From an uncultured bacterium (GTDB taxonomy: Bacteria; Omnitrophota; Omnitrophia; Omnitrophales; Aquincolibacteriaceae), in contig CAZSFZ010000003.1 of assembly GCA_964606385.1 (NCBI GenBank), forward strand, positions 29,493-93,492: a stretch of 64,000 nt of DNA, given 5' to 3'. Positions 10,007 to 19,543 of the stretch are shown here, one piece after another (the first letter of the stretch is position 1; each line of letters starts with the position of its first letter). A model generated the notes under the pieces. The model ran no database searches. It was given only the letters and a program-made list of their open reading frames with translations, and was not told the origin of the DNA. Position numbers and translations under genes: made by a program.

Positions 10007-11464
10007 ATGATCATGCTGGAATTCAAACAGAAAGTCCTTCTTATCGGTTTCGGCTCCGTAGGCAAATGCACCCTGCCGATCCTTCTTAAACATGTCCGCA
10101 TTCCCTACAAGAACATCACGGTGCTCGACTTTGCCGACAAACGCAAGGAGCTCGCCCCTTGGATCCGCAAGGGCGTCCGTTATTCCCAGGAACGCATCAA
10201 CCCCATCAACATCGCCCGGACCCTTTCCAAGTATGTTTCTCCCGGAGGCATGATCGTCGACCTCTCCTGGAACATCGATTCGATCGACATGCTCTCGTGG
10301 TGCCATGAGAACAAGGTCTTGTATGTTAATACCTCCGTCGAAGAGTGGGACCCGTACGCCAATATCGACAAGAAAACGCCGCTCGAGAAATCCCTTTATT
10401 TCAAACAGATGGAGATCCGCAAGATGACGGCGAAGTGGAACGACGGATGCACGACCGCCGTCCTTGACCATGGCGCGAACCCCGGCTTGATCAGCCATTT
10501 CACCAAGCAGGGCCTGATCGATATCGCCGAAAAATCGATGCATGACAAAACCACGTCCAAGCGGGACCGGAAAACCCTGGAGCATCTCGTCCGCGAGGAA
10601 AAATTCCATCGCCTGGCGATGAAGCTCGGCGTCAAAACGATCCATATCAGCGAACGGGACACCCAGATCACGGATCAGCCCAAAGAAGTCGACGAGTTCG
10701 TCGGCACTTGGTCGATCGAGGGACTGCGCGAAGAAGCGATCTCCCCTTCCGAGATCGGGTGGGGCACGCATGAAAAAGAACTGCCGCCCCTTGCCACCGT
10801 GCCCGAATACGGCCCGCAGAACCAGATCTTCCTGTCCCAGATGGGGATGAACACCTGGGTGCGCTCCTGGGTCCCGAATTACGAGATCGTCGGCATGGTG
10901 ATCCGTCACGGCGAGGCGTTCTCGATCTCGGAGAAACTCACGGTGTGGCGGAACGGAAAAGCGGTTTACCGCCCGACCGTCCATTACGCTTACATGCCCT
11001 GCAATGAAACGCTCGCCTCGGTCCATGAGCTCCGGTGCCGCAATTATGAGCTCCAGCCCAAATGCCGCATCATGTCGGATGAGATCATCAAGGGCGCGGA
11101 CATCCTGGGGGCACTTATCATGGGCCACAAATACAACTCTTGGTGGACCGGAAGCATTCTCACGATCGACGAGGCCCGGGAACTCGTGCCGCACCAGAAC
11201 GCGACCACGATCCAGGTCGCGATCGGGATCGTCACCGCGGCCATGTGGATGATCGAGAACCCGGAAAAAGGCGTTTGCGTTCCCGACGATATTCCCCACA
11301 AAGGGGTCCTCGAGGTCGCCAAGCCGTACCTCGGAACTTTTGTTTCCGAAGCGAATGACTGGACTCCTTTTGAGAATTACCAGGTGTTCTTTCAGGAAAA
11401 TCAGGGCGCGCACCTCGACAAAAAGAATTTCTGGGGTTTCAAGAATTTCCTGTTCAAACCCTAA
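10007..11464 (+). CDS. hss: Homospermidine synthase (saccharopine dehydrogenase-like superfamily).
   Basis: Blocks recalled from bacterial HSS are present: LLIGFGSVGKCTLPIL (NAD fold), DHGANPGLISHFTKQ, GVKTIHISERDTQ, GTWSIEG, GWGTHE, VRSW, AVYRPTVHYAYMPCNE. The length is about 485 aa. Confidence 0.75.
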   Translation: MIMLEFKQKVLLIGFGSVGKCTLPILLKHVRIPYKNITVLDFADKRKELAPWIRKGVRYSQERINPINIARTLSKYVSPGGMIVDLSWNIDSIDMLSWCHENKVLYVNTSVEEWDPYANIDKKTPLEKSLYFKQMEIRKMTAKWNDGCTTAVLDHGANPGLISHFTKQGLIDIAEKSMHDKTTSKRDRKTLEHLVREEKFHRLAMKLGVKTIHISERDTQITDQPKEVDEFVGTWSIEGLREEAISPSEIGWGTHEKELPPLATVPEYGPQNQIFLSQMGMNTWVRSWVPNYEIVGMVIRHGEAFSISEKLTVWRNGKAVYRPTVHYAYMPCNETLASVHELRCRNYELQPKCRIMSDEIIKGADILGALIMGHKYNSWWTGSILTIDEARELVPHQNATTIQVAIGIVTAAMWMIENPEKGVCVPDDIPHKGVLEVAKPYLGTFVSEANDWTPFENYQVFFQENQGAHLDKKNFWGFKNFLFKP

Positions 11465-11482
11465 ACGCGCGAAGACCGCCCT

Positions 11483-11830
11483 ATGATCAAGAACAAAGCG
11501 TCTCAAGAGATCGAAAAGCGTGAAGCGATGCGCGGCGGCACCGGCTCCGTCACCCTCCGTCATTACTTCAAGCCGGAAGAGATCAAGGCCCGTACGCGTC
11601 TTTGCGCAGAACTCACGCTTCCTCCCGGAGCGAGCATCGGTACCCATGACCACACCGGAGAGGACGAGATCTATATCATCCAGAAAGGCCGGGGCCTCAT
11701 GACCGACGGCGGCAAGGAATTCACCGTCACGGCCGGCGACGCGATCCTGACGGGCCAGGGCGCGTCCCACTCCATCAAGAACACGGGCCCGGAAGATCTC
11801 GTGGTCACAGCCGTCATCATTAAGTATTGA
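11483..11830 (+). CDS. Cupin domain protein.
   Basis: A 115-aa protein with the two-His cupin motifs (GTHDHTGEDEIYIIQKG ... GASHSIKNTG). Confidence 0.6.
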   Translation: MIKNKASQEIEKREAMRGGTGSVTLRHYFKPEEIKARTRLCAELTLPPGASIGTHDHTGEDEIYIIQKGRGLMTDGGKEFTVTAGDAILTGQGASHSIKNTGPEDLVVTAVIIKY

Positions 11831-11905
11831 GATTAAAAAATTCACCTAAGACCCACCTCGCCTCGCAGGCGGGGTGGACCACTCCTACGAGGTGTGAGAG
11901 GTACC

Positions 11906-13021
11906 ATGCATCCCCTTTTCCCGCAAGAAACTTTCCTTCCGGCTAAGGTCCTTTTTCAAGCGAAAGCTATTTCCGATCTCGCCAAAGAAGCGGCCCTTTT
12001 CGGAAAAAGGGGCCTCATGGTCCACGGCGCCTCCCTCGAAAAAAACGGCCTCAAGGAAAAAATCGCGGACGACCTCAAGCGCGCGGGGATCGCCGCGGAA
12101 TTCTACTGCCGCCCCCAAGGTGAACCGACGCTTGATGAGATCAGCGCGGTGATCGCACGAGGGTACTCGTTCAAAATTGATTGGATCGCCGGGATCGGCG
12201 GCGGAAGCGTTCTGGACCTTGCCAAAGCCGCGGCCGGCCTTTTCCATGCGAAAGAAAAACCCGTCTTTTACCAGGAAGGCGGCGCCCTGGAAGCCGCGGG
12301 GATCCCGTTCCTTGCAATCCCGACGACGGCCGGGAGCGGTTCGGAAGCCTCGCCTAATTCGGTGATCATCAATCCGGAAAAAAAAGTAAAACTTTCCATC
12401 CGTCATCCGAGCTTTCTTGCCCGGAAAGTGATCCTGGATCCGGATCTTTTGAAAGGACTGCCTTTTTCGATCATGTGCCATTCCGGAATGGACGCCTGGG
12501 TCCAGGCCTATGAATCGTTCATCTCAAAGAACGCGACCTGGTTCAGCGAGAACTTCGCGCTCAAAGCCATTCAGCTGATCAGCCGCCATCTGGTCCCGGC
12601 CCTTAACACGGGGCGTGACGAGGACCTGAGCGGGCTGATGCTCGGGAGTTTTTTGGCCGGCGTCGCTTTTTCCCATTCGCGGCTCGGGGTGATCCATGGC
12701 CTCGCGCATCCGTTGGGCGTCCTTTATAACGTTCCCCACGGCCTGATCTGCTCGCTATTGTTCTCTCCTTCCATCAAGCTCAACATGAACGCCATGGGAA
12801 ACCAGAAATATTCGATCATGAGCCAGGCGGTCGGCATGGACCTCCTGCAAAAAGTGCATGAACTCCAGAAAACGCTCAAGATCGTCTCTCCCTTCAAGGG
12901 GAAGCCCCTCCCCGAAAAAGAAAAGATCATCCGCGAAACGCTGGAGTCCGGCTCCACCGCCGCAAATCCCAAGCCCATCACACGGGAAGACGTGGAGTAT
13001 CTCCTCCGCGAGATCTTTTAA
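11906..13021 (+). CDS. Iron-containing (group III) alcohol dehydrogenase family protein.
   Basis: GIGGGSVLDLAKAAA and PTTAGSGSEAS motifs, plus His-rich metal-site residues (HSGMDAW, HGLAHPLG). A GAGAGG RBS lies 6 nt upstream of the ATG at 11906. The track starts at a GTG at 11894. Confidence 0.8.
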   Translation: MHPLFPQETFLPAKVLFQAKAISDLAKEAALFGKRGLMVHGASLEKNGLKEKIADDLKRAGIAAEFYCRPQGEPTLDEISAVIARGYSFKIDWIAGIGGGSVLDLAKAAAGLFHAKEKPVFYQEGGALEAAGIPFLAIPTTAGSGSEASPNSVIINPEKKVKLSIRHPSFLARKVILDPDLLKGLPFSIMCHSGMDAWVQAYESFISKNATWFSENFALKAIQLISRHLVPALNTGRDEDLSGLMLGSFLAGVAFSHSRLGVIHGLAHPLGVLYNVPHGLICSLLFSPSIKLNMNAMGNQKYSIMSQAVGMDLLQKVHELQKTLKIVSPFKGKPLPEKEKIIRETLESGSTAANPKPITREDVEYLLREIF

Positions 13022-13027
13022 AGATCC

Positions 13028-13092
13028 CACTTCGCGGGGGACGTGGAACGGGAAACCAATTCGTTCAGCGTTCCCCGTTAACCGCTTCCCGG
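13028..13092. repeat. REP-like palindromic element, copy a, of the GGGGAACG / CCGTTAACCG family.
   Basis: ggaacgggaaac...cgttccccgttaaccg, in the intergenic region downstream of the Fe-ADH gene. Confidence 0.5.
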
Positions 13093-13125
13093 CACAGAAA
13101 TAAAAAGGCATCCATTTTTATTTCT

Positions 13126-14046
13126 GTGTTAGCATGCCTCATGCAAGAAAAACCTTCCCTCGGCTATTGGCTTCAGCACCTCATCGTCAAATATCTGGCC
13201 CTTCTCGCGACAGTGCTTCCCGTGGAAGTCTCACATCGCATTGCCTGCGGGTTTGGGACCCTATCCTACTGGATCCTGAAAAAACGCCGCAAGATCGCGG
13301 TTGAAAATATTACGCATGCTTTCGGAAATTCCATCTCTGACTCGAAGAAACAAGCGATCGCGCGTTCTGCTTTCCAAAGCGCCGCGCTTTCCATGATGGA
13401 ACTTTTCGTAGTCGAGAAGATCAAGAAAGAAGCCGCGGCGCGTTTCAAGCTGATCGGCAATGAGTTCCTGGAGGAAGCCTTTTCGAAAGATCAAGGTGTC
13501 GTGCTCGTGATCTCGCATCTGGGTTCCTGGGAATATCTTTCTTTTCTTCCCTACTTCACCAAACAGCCGTGGTCGGTCGTGGTCAAAGACATTAAAAATC
13601 CTTACCTCGATAAGGCCATTGATGCCATGCGCCGCGTCATGACGGTCAATCCGATCGCAAAGGACAGCTCAGTCCGGACGATCCTCCAGGAACTCAAAGC
13701 CGGACGCGGCGTCGCGATCCTGGTCGATCAGTGGGCCGGCAAGGACGGCCTCTGGGTTGATTTTTTCGGCACCAAGACTTCCACGACCTCGATCCCCGCC
13801 CGGCTTTCCGAAAAGACCGGTTGCGCGCTCGTTTCCGCCTGCTGCCTCCGGACGACCCCCGGGCATTATGAGATCCATATCGAAAAACCGATCGTTCATG
13901 ATCTGAATGAACCGGGCTGGGAGAAGACGGTCACTCAAGAGCTGAATGAGGTCCTCGAGCGCCAGATCAAGGCTCATCCTGAACAGTGGCTTTGGGGCCA
14001 CCGCCGATGGAAAGAAAAACCCCATAACCTCCGGGAAACTTCCTGA
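13126..14046 (+). CDS. Lipid A biosynthesis lauroyl/myristoyl acyltransferase-like protein (LpxL/HtrB family, LPLAT superfamily), copy 1.
   Basis: An N-terminal TM helix, then ISHLGSWEY (the H-x4-E/D acyltransferase motif) and a C-terminal ...HPEQWLWGHRRWK that is typical of the LpxL family. The start is ambiguous: GTG at 13126 or ATG at 13141. Confidence 0.7.
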   Translation: MLACLMQEKPSLGYWLQHLIVKYLALLATVLPVEVSHRIACGFGTLSYWILKKRRKIAVENITHAFGNSISDSKKQAIARSAFQSAALSMMELFVVEKIKKEAAARFKLIGNEFLEEAFSKDQGVVLVISHLGSWEYLSFLPYFTKQPWSVVVKDIKNPYLDKAIDAMRRVMTVNPIAKDSSVRTILQELKAGRGVAILVDQWAGKDGLWVDFFGTKTSTTSIPARLSEKTGCALVSACCLRTTPGHYEIHIEKPIVHDLNEPGWEKTVTQELNEVLERQIKAHPEQWLWGHRRWKEKPHNLRETS

Positions 14047-15212
14047 TGGATTTTGAACTCAAGATCGAAAAACTGGTGTTCGGGGGCGACGGCCTGGGCT
14101 TTGTCGACGGGAAGGCCTGTTTCGTGGAAGGAGCGCTCCCCGGCGAAAAAGTTCTGGCGCGCATCCTGAACGAAAAACCCAATTTCGTCAAAGCGAAACT
14201 CCTCCGTGTCCTTGAGCCCTCTTCCTCTCGGATCTATCCTCCGTGTCCTTATGTCGAACGCTGCGGCGGCTGCCAATACCAGCATCTTCCTTACAGCGAA
14301 GAACTGAAATGGAAAGAACTCCAGGTCCGGGAAAGTTTCGCGCAGGCGTTTAAGGGCGAAGAGATCTCCATCCTCCCGATCCGGGCGGGAACCAAGGAGT
14401 ACGGTTACCGGAACAGCATCACGATCCACCGCACAACGGAAAAGAACAACAAGCCCCAGCGGCTCGGATTCATCGGTCATGATAATTATTCGAAGGTCCT
14501 GATCGACTATTGCATGCTGGCCGATGAACGGCTGAGGGAGATCTTCACGGCCGAGCATCAGCTGAGCCGCAGTGAAGAAAAAAGAGGTTTTAAGCTTGAT
14601 GAAAAAGGCCGCATTTTCACAAGCGACGAGGAAAGGCTCTACCGCGTGCGCGTGGGCGGAAAATCCCTCTGGACCAGCTCTTTCGGATTCTTTCAGAATA
14701 ATATCGAGGTTACGGAACTCATCGCGAAGAAATTGACGGGGTCTCTTGAAGCCCTGAAACCCGCGCGGTTCCTGGACCTTTATGCCGGCGTCGGCACCTT
14801 TCCGCTGCTCGCGACTCAAAATGTCCCGGAGATCCATTGTTTCGAAGATAATCCTTACAGCACCGGATGCCTCCGCAGGAATGTGCAGGAATTCAATTTT
14901 CCGCTCGCGGGGATCTTTTCCGGGAAAGTCGAAAAAACCTTCCCTCGTTTCATCATGAAAAGCCCCAAACCCGGAACGCTCGTCTTCATGGACCCACCCC
15001 GGCAAGGGATCGCGTCATCCCTCGCGGATTTTCTTGGGAAAAACGATGTGGGTGAGCATATCTTTTATCTGGCCTGCGACCTGCAGATCCTTTTGCGGGA
15101 CCTTCGCCAGATCCTCGCCGCCGGCCGCTACCAGGTCCGGGAAGTCACTCCCTTCGACATGTTCCCCCGCACCAAACACATCGAAGTCCTCGCCTGGCTG
15201 ACTAAGATCTAA
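14046..15212 (+). CDS. rlmD: 23S rRNA (uracil-5)-methyltransferase of the RlmD/RumA family (TRAM domain, 4Fe-4S cluster, SAM-dependent MTase).
   Basis: An N-terminal TRAM-like segment. The Cys cluster is CPYVERCGGCQYQH. The C-terminal MTase motifs are LDLYAGVGTF and DPPRQG. The start overlaps the upstream stop (ATGA). Confidence 0.75.
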   Translation: MDFELKIEKLVFGGDGLGFVDGKACFVEGALPGEKVLARILNEKPNFVKAKLLRVLEPSSSRIYPPCPYVERCGGCQYQHLPYSEELKWKELQVRESFAQAFKGEEISILPIRAGTKEYGYRNSITIHRTTEKNNKPQRLGFIGHDNYSKVLIDYCMLADERLREIFTAEHQLSRSEEKRGFKLDEKGRIFTSDEERLYRVRVGGKSLWTSSFGFFQNNIEVTELIAKKLTGSLEALKPARFLDLYAGVGTFPLLATQNVPEIHCFEDNPYSTGCLRRNVQEFNFPLAGIFSGKVEKTFPRFIMKSPKPGTLVFMDPPRQGIASSLADFLGKNDVGEHIFYLACDLQILLRDLRQILAAGRYQVREVTPFDMFPRTKHIEVLAWLTKI

Positions 15213-16399
15213 ACCTTGTCTCCCGCTACGGCGCCGCTCGACCAGGCCCAGGCGAGGTTGTAGCCGCCGCGGCGGCCCTGAACGTCAAGGATCTCCCCCG
15301 CGAAATAAAGCCCCGGCTGGTATTCGGATTCCAGCGTCAAAGGCTCAACTTCATCCGCCGGCACACCACCGGCCGTGAATTCCGCTTCGTTCCAGCCGCG
15401 CGTTCCGTTCACCTTGAATTCTTTGTGTTTGAGAAGACGCGCGATCGAGGAGGCGTCGGCGTTCTGGACCTGGCTCCGGAAGGCCAGGAAAAATTTGTGC
15501 GTCAAAAGCCCTTCGAGAAGATTTTCCGGCGCCATGTCTTTTTTGAAGCGGCGCGAAAGTTCTTCCGTAAGTTCCGTTTCACTCATGAAGGGCACAAGAT
15601 CGGCAACGACCGCGACGTCTTTCCGGTGTTCACGGTTCATCGCGACCGAGATCTCGTCGCTCACGTCCAGGACGGCCGTCCCGGAAAGACCGTACTGCGT
15701 GAAAAGCAGCTCCCCGGAGGCCTCACGGACCTTTTTGCCCCTGATCAGGCTCGAGACATTCGCCCGGACCTTCTGCCCCTGAAGGAAATGACAGCACGGG
15801 TCTTTCACAAGAAGCGGGACCGTGCTCGGGACCGGTTCAAGGATCTTGTGCCTGAAGGCTGCCGCGAGCGCGTAACCGTTCCCATCCGCTCCAAGCGCCG
15901 GGTAGGACTTCCCTCCCGCGCAAAGGATCACTTTTTTGCAGGATTCTTTTTCCCCCGTCTTGGCGCAAACCTCAAAGCCCGCCTTGTGGGGCCAGACAGC
16001 TTTGACCTCACAGCCCAGATCGACGGCCACCTTGAGCCTCTCGAGTTCCATCTCGAGCACTTTGAGCACCGAGGCGGCCTGGTTCGTCACCGGAAAGATC
16101 CTTCCCGATTCATCCGCGTAGGTCGCGAGCCCGAGCTCCTTGAAAAACTCCAGCATGGCCTTTTTCCCGAACTGGTCCAGGATCGACCGGACCATCGCCT
16201 GGCTTTCCGGGTTATAAAAGGATTCGTCCAAGGTCTCGTTGAGCAGGTTGCAGCGCCCGGCGCCGGTCACGAGCAGCTTCTTGCCGAGTTTCGGCATTTT
16301 TTCGCAGATCAGCACGGACAGACCGCGGCGTTTCGCGGTGATCGCGGCCATCATCCCGGCCGCGCCGCCCCCGATCACGATCACATCATACGGAGTCAT
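15209..16399 (-). CDS. NAD(P)/FAD-dependent oxidoreductase of the HI0933/YhiN family (aminoacetone oxidase-like flavoprotein).
   Basis: MTPYDVIVIGGGAAGMMAA is the dinucleotide fold. The family-typical C-terminus is GLYFAGEILDVQGRRGGYNLAWAWSSG. Confidence 0.75.
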   Translation of the reverse strand: MTPYDVIVIGGGAAGMMAAITAKRRGLSVLICEKMPKLGKKLLVTGAGRCNLLNETLDESFYNPESQAMVRSILDQFGKKAMLEFFKELGLATYADESGRIFPVTNQAASVLKVLEMELERLKVAVDLGCEVKAVWPHKAGFEVCAKTGEKESCKKVILCAGGKSYPALGADGNGYALAAAFRHKILEPVPSTVPLLVKDPCCHFLQGQKVRANVSSLIRGKKVREASGELLFTQYGLSGTAVLDVSDEISVAMNREHRKDVAVVADLVPFMSETELTEELSRRFKKDMAPENLLEGLLTHKFFLAFRSQVQNADASSIARLLKHKEFKVNGTRGWNEAEFTAGGVPADEVEPLTLESEYQPGLYFAGEILDVQGRRGGYNLAWAWSSGAVAGDKV

Positions 16400-18197
16400 A
16401 GTCGCTTCGCTCCCGCGGGAAACGGTTAACGGAAAACGGGGAACGCTTTGAATTCTTCGTTCGCCGCTGATCGTTCATCGTTCCCCTGTTTTGGGGTTGT
16501 ATCAATTCCCGCTGAAATTGGCGTTCTTTATAGGTTTTTGCCGTCACGACTTTTTCGCCGGTCATCGGGTGCTGTCCCGTGTAATACATGCAGGTCGATA
16601 AGGTCATCGGCAAAGGCATGAAATCCTGCACCTGTTCCGGCCGCATCCGGTGCTCGGTTAAATACGCCGCGAGTCCGCGGGCGTCCGCGTCGGAGCACCC
16701 CGGATGCGCGCTGACAAAATAATTCACGAGGTATTGCTCTTTACCAACTTTTTGATTCATGGCTTTGAACCGCTCGACAAAGCGTTCAAAAACACGGATC
16801 GGCGGTTTATTCATGAGCTTGAGCACCGCGTCCGAAGCATGTTCCGGAGCGACCTTCAGCTGCCCGCTCACATGGTCCCTGCAAAGCGCTTCCAAGTAGG
16901 CATCCGAACCTTTATCGACAAGCAGGTCATACCGGAGACCGCTTTGAATAAAAAGATGTTTCACTTTCGGGACCGCCAGCACCTCTTTCCAAAGCTCCAG
17001 AGATCTTTCGTAGCCAAGCTTCAGCTGAGGGCATTTGGAGGGCATCATGCACTGTCTGTTCCTGCAGGCCCCAGCGGAGTCCCACTCGTCGCAGGTCGCA
17101 GCGTAGAGGTTCGCGGTCGGGCCCCCGATATCGGTGATCGTGCCTTTAAAATCATTCCGGGAAGCCAAGAGCTTCACTTCGCCGAGGATCGATCCCTTGC
17201 TGCGGCTTTGGATCATCCGGCCTTGATGCGCGAAAAGGGAGCAGAAATTGCACTCCCCGGCACAGCCGCGGTGGGAGGTGATCGAAAAACGCACGGTCTC
17301 AAAACCCGGCACGCCTCCGGCGCGTTCGTAAACGGGGTGCCAATTCCGGGCGAACGGCAAACTGTAGAAATGATCTAATATGGAGGCCGTTAGCGGCAAG
17401 GGCGGCGGTTCCTGGATCACGAACCGGGTTCCATGCTGTTGGAGAAGCGGTTTGCCGCGCACCGGATCCCCTTCAAGATAAGCCAAACGAAAGGCCTCAT
17501 TAAATTGATGCTTGTCGGTGCTTGTTTCTTCGTAAGAAGGCAGGCGAACCGCGTGTTCAAAGCCTAGATCACTGTTCCTCAAGATCGCCGTTCCGCGAAT
17601 GCCCTTGAGCTTTTTGATATCTTCCCCGCTCGCAAGCCGGCGCGCGATCTCAAGGATCTGGACTTCCCCCATGCCGTACACCAGCATGTCCGCTTTCGCG
17701 TCCACCAGGACCGAACGGCGTACGCTTTCATCCCAATAATCAAAATGCGCGAGGCGGCGAAGGCTGGCTTCCACCCCGCCCAGCACGACGGGCACGCCCG
17801 GAAAAAACCCTTTGAGCTTGCTGGTGTAAACGATCGAGGCGCGGTTCGGCCTCAGACCCGACCGGCCGCCCGGCGCGTAATCGTCCGTCCGGCGCGGTTT
17901 CTTGCTCGCGGTGTAATTGCTGACCATGGAATCAAGGTTGCCGGCCGTGACCCCGAAAAAAAGTTTGGGGCGCCCGAGCGCCATGAAATCCTTGGGAGTC
18001 CTCCAATCGGGCTGCGCGATGACCCCGACCTTATAGCCCGCGTCCTCGAGGACCCGTCCGATCAGGGCAGTGCCATAGGAAGGATGGTCCACATAAGCGT
18101 CCCCTGTTACCAGGATGATGTCACACGCCTCCCACCCGCGGGCGGCAAGATCTTCTTTAGAAATAGGCAGGAATTTCTTCCGATCTATGCTGGACAT
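16386..18197 (-). CDS. ygiQ: YgiQ family radical SAM protein (UPF0313).
   Basis: The N-terminus WEACDIILVTGDAYVDHPSYGTALIGRVLEDAGYKVGVIAQPDW matches YgiQ. The radical-SAM cluster is HRGCAGECNFCS. The C-terminal tail runs through a REP-like element. Confidence 0.8.
   Translation of the reverse strand: MSSIDRKKFLPISKEDLAARGWEACDIILVTGDAYVDHPSYGTALIGRVLEDAGYKVGVIAQPDWRTPKDFMALGRPKLFFGVTAGNLDSMVSNYTASKKPRRTDDYAPGGRSGLRPNRASIVYTSKLKGFFPGVPVVLGGVEASLRRLAHFDYWDESVRRSVLVDAKADMLVYGMGEVQILEIARRLASGEDIKKLKGIRGTAILRNSDLGFEHAVRLPSYEETSTDKHQFNEAFRLAYLEGDPVRGKPLLQQHGTRFVIQEPPPLPLTASILDHFYSLPFARNWHPVYERAGGVPGFETVRFSITSHRGCAGECNFCSLFAHQGRMIQSRSKGSILGEVKLLASRNDFKGTITDIGGPTANLYAATCDEWDSAGACRNRQCMMPSKCPQLKLGYERSLELWKEVLAVPKVKHLFIQSGLRYDLLVDKGSDAYLEALCRDHVSGQLKVAPEHASDAVLKLMNKPPIRVFERFVERFKAMNQKVGKEQYLVNYFVSAHPGCSDADARGLAAYLTEHRMRPEQVQDFMPLPMTLSTCMYYTGQHPMTGEKVVTAKTYKERQFQRELIQPQNRGTMNDQRRTKNSKRSPFSVNRFPRERSDYDSV
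16411..16496. repeat. REP-like palindromic element, copy b, lying inside the 3' end of ygiQ.
   Basis: gggaaacggttaacggaaaacggggaacg ... cgttcatcgttcccc. It is translated as part of the YgiQ C-terminal tail (..RSPFSVNRFPRER..). Confidence 0.45.
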
Positions 18198-18259
18198 AAA
18201 AAGATTATAACCTTCTTGAAGGTAATGCTAAAGGTCAAAGGTTCGGGATACGGCACCGA

Positions 18260-18288
18260 TTCAAATGACGGCTGACTCATGATATAAT
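18260..18288 (+). promoter_or_regulatory. Putative sigma70 promoter for the Fe/Mn SOD gene (extended -10).
   Basis: TTCAAA (18260-18265), a 17-bp spacer, then TGaTATAAT (-10 at 18283-18288). It lies about 85 nt upstream of the SOD ATG. Confidence 0.4.
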
Positions 18289-18372
18289 GTTCGGGCTTGA
18301 AATCATGTGTGAGGAACCTGCGGCCTAAAGACGGGCCTTCGGTCCTTGTACGTCAGAAGAAAGGAACCTTTT

Positions 18373-18954
18373 ATGGCATTTACACTTCCAGAACTTCCTT
18401 ACGCGATGGACGCCCTGGCGCCCCAGATCAGCAAAGAAACGCTCGAATACCATTACGGTAAGCATCACCAGACCTACGTCACGAACCTGAACAAATTGAC
18501 CGACGGAAAACCGGAAGCCGGAAAATCGCTCGAAGAATTGATCAAGACGGCCAAGGGTCCTCTTTTCAATAACGCGGCCCAGGTCTGGAACCACACGTTC
18601 TACTGGAACTGCCTGAAACCCCAGGGAGGCGGACAGCCCACGGGCGCGTTGCTGGAAGCGATCAACGAATCCTTTGGGAGTTTTGACGAGTTTAAAACGC
18701 TTTTCACGAATATGGCGATCGGGCTCTTCGGCTCGGGCTGGGTGTGGCTCGTGAAGGACGAAGATGGCACGATCGGGATCGAATCCATGCCGAATGCCGG
18801 CAATCCCCTTGTGAACGGCCAAACACCGCTTCTCACCTGCGATGTGTGGGAACACGCCTATTACATCGATTACCGGAATGCCCGCGCGAAATACGTGGAA
18901 ACGTTCTGGAATCTTGTGAATTGGGATTTTGTTTCAAAAAATTTAGGGAACTAA
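18373..18954 (+). CDS. sodB: Fe/Mn superoxide dismutase.
   Basis: MAFTLPELPYAMDALAPQISKETLEYHYGKHH...DVWEHAYYIDYRN is the canonical Fe/Mn-SOD sequence. An AAGGAA RBS is present. The track's longer ORF starts upstream at 18346. Confidence 0.9.
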   Translation: MAFTLPELPYAMDALAPQISKETLEYHYGKHHQTYVTNLNKLTDGKPEAGKSLEELIKTAKGPLFNNAAQVWNHTFYWNCLKPQGGGQPTGALLEAINESFGSFDEFKTLFTNMAIGLFGSGWVWLVKDEDGTIGIESMPNAGNPLVNGQTPLLTCDVWEHAYYIDYRNARAKYVETFWNLVNWDFVSKNLGN

Positions 18955-18965
18955 ATTTTTTGCGG

Positions 18966-19032
18966 GAAACGTAACGCGGGGAACGGGAAACGAAAACACG
19001 GTCTTTCGTTCAACGTTCCCCGTTTTCCTTTC
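18966..19032. terminator. REP-like palindromic element, copy c, acting as a probable intrinsic terminator for sodB. It sits between convergent genes.
   Basis: GGGGAACGGGAAACGAAA-acacggtc-TTTCGTTcaACGTTCCCC followed by GTTTTCCTTTCTT. It shares GGGGAACG/CGTTCCCC arms with the other copies. Confidence 0.5.
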
Positions 19033-19527
19033 TTAATTCAGCATCGCTTCCATCCGCGAGATCGCCTTCGCAGCCAGCGTGTACTCGGGATTCTTTTCGA
19101 GGGCATGACGGTAAGCCTCAAGCGCCTGGGCCCAATCACCCTGATGCTCCCACACACGGCCCAGGTTATACCAGGCATAGAATCTGCCGTCGTAGCGTTC
19201 CGCCACGGTCGCGCGCTGGAGCCAGGAGATCGCTTCCTCCCAGCGGCCTGTCTCGATCATGTAAGCTCCGATATCATTGTAGGGATTTCCATATTCCGGG
19301 TCCAAACGCACCGCTTTTTCGCATTCCCGGATCGCGTCTCCGTAACGCCCTTTGACGCTGTAGGCCCATCCGAGGCACGTGTGCGCTTCGGCCGTGGGCA
19401 CCATCTCAAGCGACTTGAGATAGAGCTCAATGGCCTGATCGACCTTCCCCGCCATCTGTTGGGCGTAGGCTTCCTGAAGCAACCGGCCCGCTTCGTCTTC
19501 TTTATTGGGAATATGAAAATCTTCCAT
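19033..19527 (-). CDS. TPR repeat protein.
   Basis: Several TPR units (AYAQQMAGKVDQAIELYLKSLEMVP, GWAYSVKGRYGDAIRECEKAVRLDP, WYNLGRVWEHQGDWAQALEAYRHALEKNP). The start at MEDFH (19527) is preferred over the overlapping longer ORF. Confidence 0.6.
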   Translation of the reverse strand: MEDFHIPNKEDEAGRLLQEAYAQQMAGKVDQAIELYLKSLEMVPTAEAHTCLGWAYSVKGRYGDAIRECEKAVRLDPEYGNPYNDIGAYMIETGRWEEAISWLQRATVAERYDGRFYAWYNLGRVWEHQGDWAQALEAYRHALEKNPEYTLAAKAISRMEAMLN

Positions 19528-19543
19528 GGAATGATCGCGAGGT

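Noticed and set aside
9995-11845. 616-aa minus-strand ORF.
   Set aside because: It is antisense to the homospermidine synthase and cupin genes, which have clear motifs and an RBS. The translation is Arg/Asp/Gly-rich low complexity.
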